Assembly (NCBI GenBank): GCA_964016885.1
Contig: OZ024755.1
Location: 5,332,001 to 5,396,000 of the forward strand
From: Eledone cirrhosa
Lineage: Eukaryota
Length of the DNA: 64,000 nt
Direction of reading: 5' to 3'
Positions 58,201 to 64,000 of this stretch are shown here, in pieces. The position numbers and the translations under genes are program-made. Below the pieces are notes generated by a model. That model worked only from the letters and a program-made list of their open reading frames with translations. It did no database searches and was not told where the DNA came from. How positions within the stretch are numbered: the first letter of the stretch is position 1; every line of letters begins with the position of its first letter.

Positions 58201-59154
58201 TGATCATATATATATACACACACACATGTATAGATGAACATAGATGTATTTACAGTTTATAGCTATCAGCACTGCATTTAAAAATGTCTTGTTAAAAGCA
58301 CAACCATATATAACTTTGGATGAATTATATCCTCCTTAAAATATCCTTTAGTGGCTGGTGGGTGGGGTCGGGGGGATTTGAATAAACAACAGCAACAACA
58401 GGAATAACTCTGTACATAGGATGTTAGAGTGTTTCCATATAAGTGATATGTATGTCTATTTATCTATAAGATTAATAGGTGATCAATAATGTAAGCATAT
58501 TATTGACTTTTTGGATTGTTTAGTTCTCAGGAAGATTTATAATCACACAAATACATACATATATATATATAGTGATTTATCTCTATATATATATATGCAT
58601 AGACACACACACACATTAATGTATTTAACAAAACATCTAAAAGGATCTCGCTCTCTCTCTCTCTCTCTATATATATATACACACACACACACATATATAT
58701 GTTTGTGTATATAAACCAGGATTCCTTTGTTTCTATTATCAAGTTAAGTAACACGAGAATTGTATGCCATAAATAATATGGTGGTTATTTCTTTAATCCT
58801 TTCACTTACATATTTCTATTGAAATATACTGCCTAAAATTTCAATTAATTTAAAAAATAATAAAACACTTAAAAGATTTAAAAGAATAAGTCATTTTCTT
58901 ATTATTTAGTTGCTATTTAGAACATAACTTTAGAAAATATTCTTACAAAAATGATAAAAATTAAGCATGAACATTTTAAACCAAACAGTTTTTCTTTATA
59001 GAACAAGGGGCAGATTCAGATGGCAGTTAAGTTTAAAGGGGTATAAGCTACAATGTTAGACTTCAAGGACTATTTCTCAACTTTTTTGCTTCTTTTGATT
59101 CCAATCCACAGAAGACCGCTTTTGGATTTTTGCCTTCACATTTATTATCACGAG

Positions 59155-62017
<2,863 letters not shown>

Positions 62018-62195
62018 CAGAGCAAACATCACGGACGCTCTATCTCAAAATTATTTTTGAAAAGCATTAGAAATGCGCAACCGGTTATACTTAAAACCAA
62101 AACTGAACACTAACCAATACAATTACTAATTCTCACTTATTCCTAATTAAACTATTTTTCACTGAACAATTTGTCAGCATTTTCTATTCCGATTA

Positions 62196-62229
<34 letters not shown>

Positions 62230-62232
<3 letters not shown>

Positions 62233-62420
62233 CAAAGGAAATGTGGTAAGGAACCAGGTGGACCATAACGCACCAAAGTACTCAATACTTGGGGTAGTAG
62301 AGTGGGTAATAGGAACCAGTAAGACCCCGACGGCTGAGCTCAAGCCGTTTCGACGGCTAATTCTGGTCCAGAATTAGCCGTCGAAATGGCTTGAGCTCAG
62401 CCGTCGGGGTCTTACTGGTT

Positions 62421-62425
<5 letters not shown>
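62230..62425 (-). mobile_element. Family P with 58-bp inverted arms (1 mismatch)
   Basis: Arms 62309-62366 and 62368-62425. Confidence 0.8.
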
Positions 62426-62475
<50 letters not shown>

Positions 62476-63401
62476 AAATAGAGGTCATTGACTAGAATGA
62501 ACACAACCTTGGTCGTTTTCTCACTCACTCGATAATTTAATTAAGTCTTTATTATTGAAATATAAACCCAACAAAATAGAGGGTACACATGTATGTTAAT
62601 CAGTGACCTGTGTATATATCGATGTTGTGGTATTTTATGGTCACATGCATTTGGTCGCTTTATTATTTTTGGTGTCACACTTCATTAACTTTTTGTGTTT
62701 ACTCTGGATTAAAATGTATTAACTTTTCACATCAGTGAGTGCTTTGTGTCAGCCCCAAACAATTCGATTGGTACCTGCTATACTGTAGCTACAACTTCGA
62801 TCTATACCCATATATATAGATATATAGTGGCCAAAAAATGGGAGGTTATATCCATAGTAAGTAGAGCACTCAGTCCAGAGGGCGAGTTCGGTGTGTGTGT
62901 GTATATATACACACATACACACATATATATATATATATCTCGTTTAAGGCTACCTAAGCTCAGTAATCTATACTGAGGAATATTTCAGCATACGGTGCTA
63001 GTTGACTCAACAAGATGCTTATATATATATATATACATACACACACACAGACACACAAATTCCCGATCATGCATTTTCATGGAACCACTGGTTTCAAATA
63101 AATCTTCCACAATTTACATCATGTTATCTCGTTATGAGTTCACTAACGAAGAAATGGATGAGACAGTTCATACATTCTGTTGGGCCAACTTATTAATTTA
63201 TGTATTACAGACATATAATTAAAAATCATATTATATAATTACATACATAGTTATACCTAATTCATTTTTAATCATACATAATATATAATTACCAATTGTG
63301 TTATTATATAATTAAATGTTATATAAAATTTATGTATAGATAAAATATATCCAATAAGTATATATATATATATATATGTACAAAAACCACACATAATATA
63401 C

Positions 63402-63448
<47 letters not shown>

Positions 63449-64000
63449 AATATTACAATAACTATATGTATATAATGTATGTTTAATAAATAAATATAGA
63501 TATAATATAATTGATAATTATATACACAATATATATGTGTATGCATGTATGTATATTTATATATATATATATGTGTGTGTATATATATATTTATTATGGG
63601 GTAAGTAGTTTATATAATTAATTCTATTTCAATCCCCCCCCCCCCCCCCCCCTCTCTCAATATATATATGTGTGTGTATGTGTGTGTATGTGTTCAAATT
63701 AATATTTTAATAACAATTATATCAATAAAAACAATAACTGTAATGATTAAATTAATAATAATAATTATTATTATTATGATAATTTTATTAAAACAATGAA
63801 AATAATAAATTTCTCTCTGGTGAAGGAATCAATCACTAGAGATGAGAGAAAGAGTGAGTACAACCGCAAAACAATGATGGATAGATATAGTTTGATCGAC
63901 AAGATCCCAGACTTTATTTGCTTATCCAGTGGGGTGGAACTTATCAAATTGGACCAAGGACACAGTGAGGACAATCAATGGCATAAAAACACAAGTAGTA

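Overview
AT-rich, repeat-dominated eukaryotic DNA. The SINE, RTE and (TA)n content resembles a cephalopod (Octopus-like) genome; this is inference only. No intact host gene and no prokaryotic features are recognisable. The window holds two 5'-truncated RTE-clade LINEs with a PHD-type zinc finger, decayed R4/Dong-type (RLE) and Expander-like LINE fragments, at least three tRNA-derived SINE families, piggyBac-, Tc1- and hAT-like MITEs (some nested), two GC-rich minisatellites and multi-kb TA/CA microsatellite arrays. Two signals stand out. (1) Short fold-back elements sit in microsatellites; several carry minimal type-I hammerhead ribozymes (Penelope-like), and sequence-unrelated families share a covarying bulged hairpin (ACTC-[stem-loop]-bulge-GAGT-RCT) just beyond the inverted arm. 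(2) A speculative series of minus-strand splice acceptors each opens a long phase-1 frame to a stop, possibly a battery of alternative last exons. Coordinates were counted by hand and may be off by a few nt.
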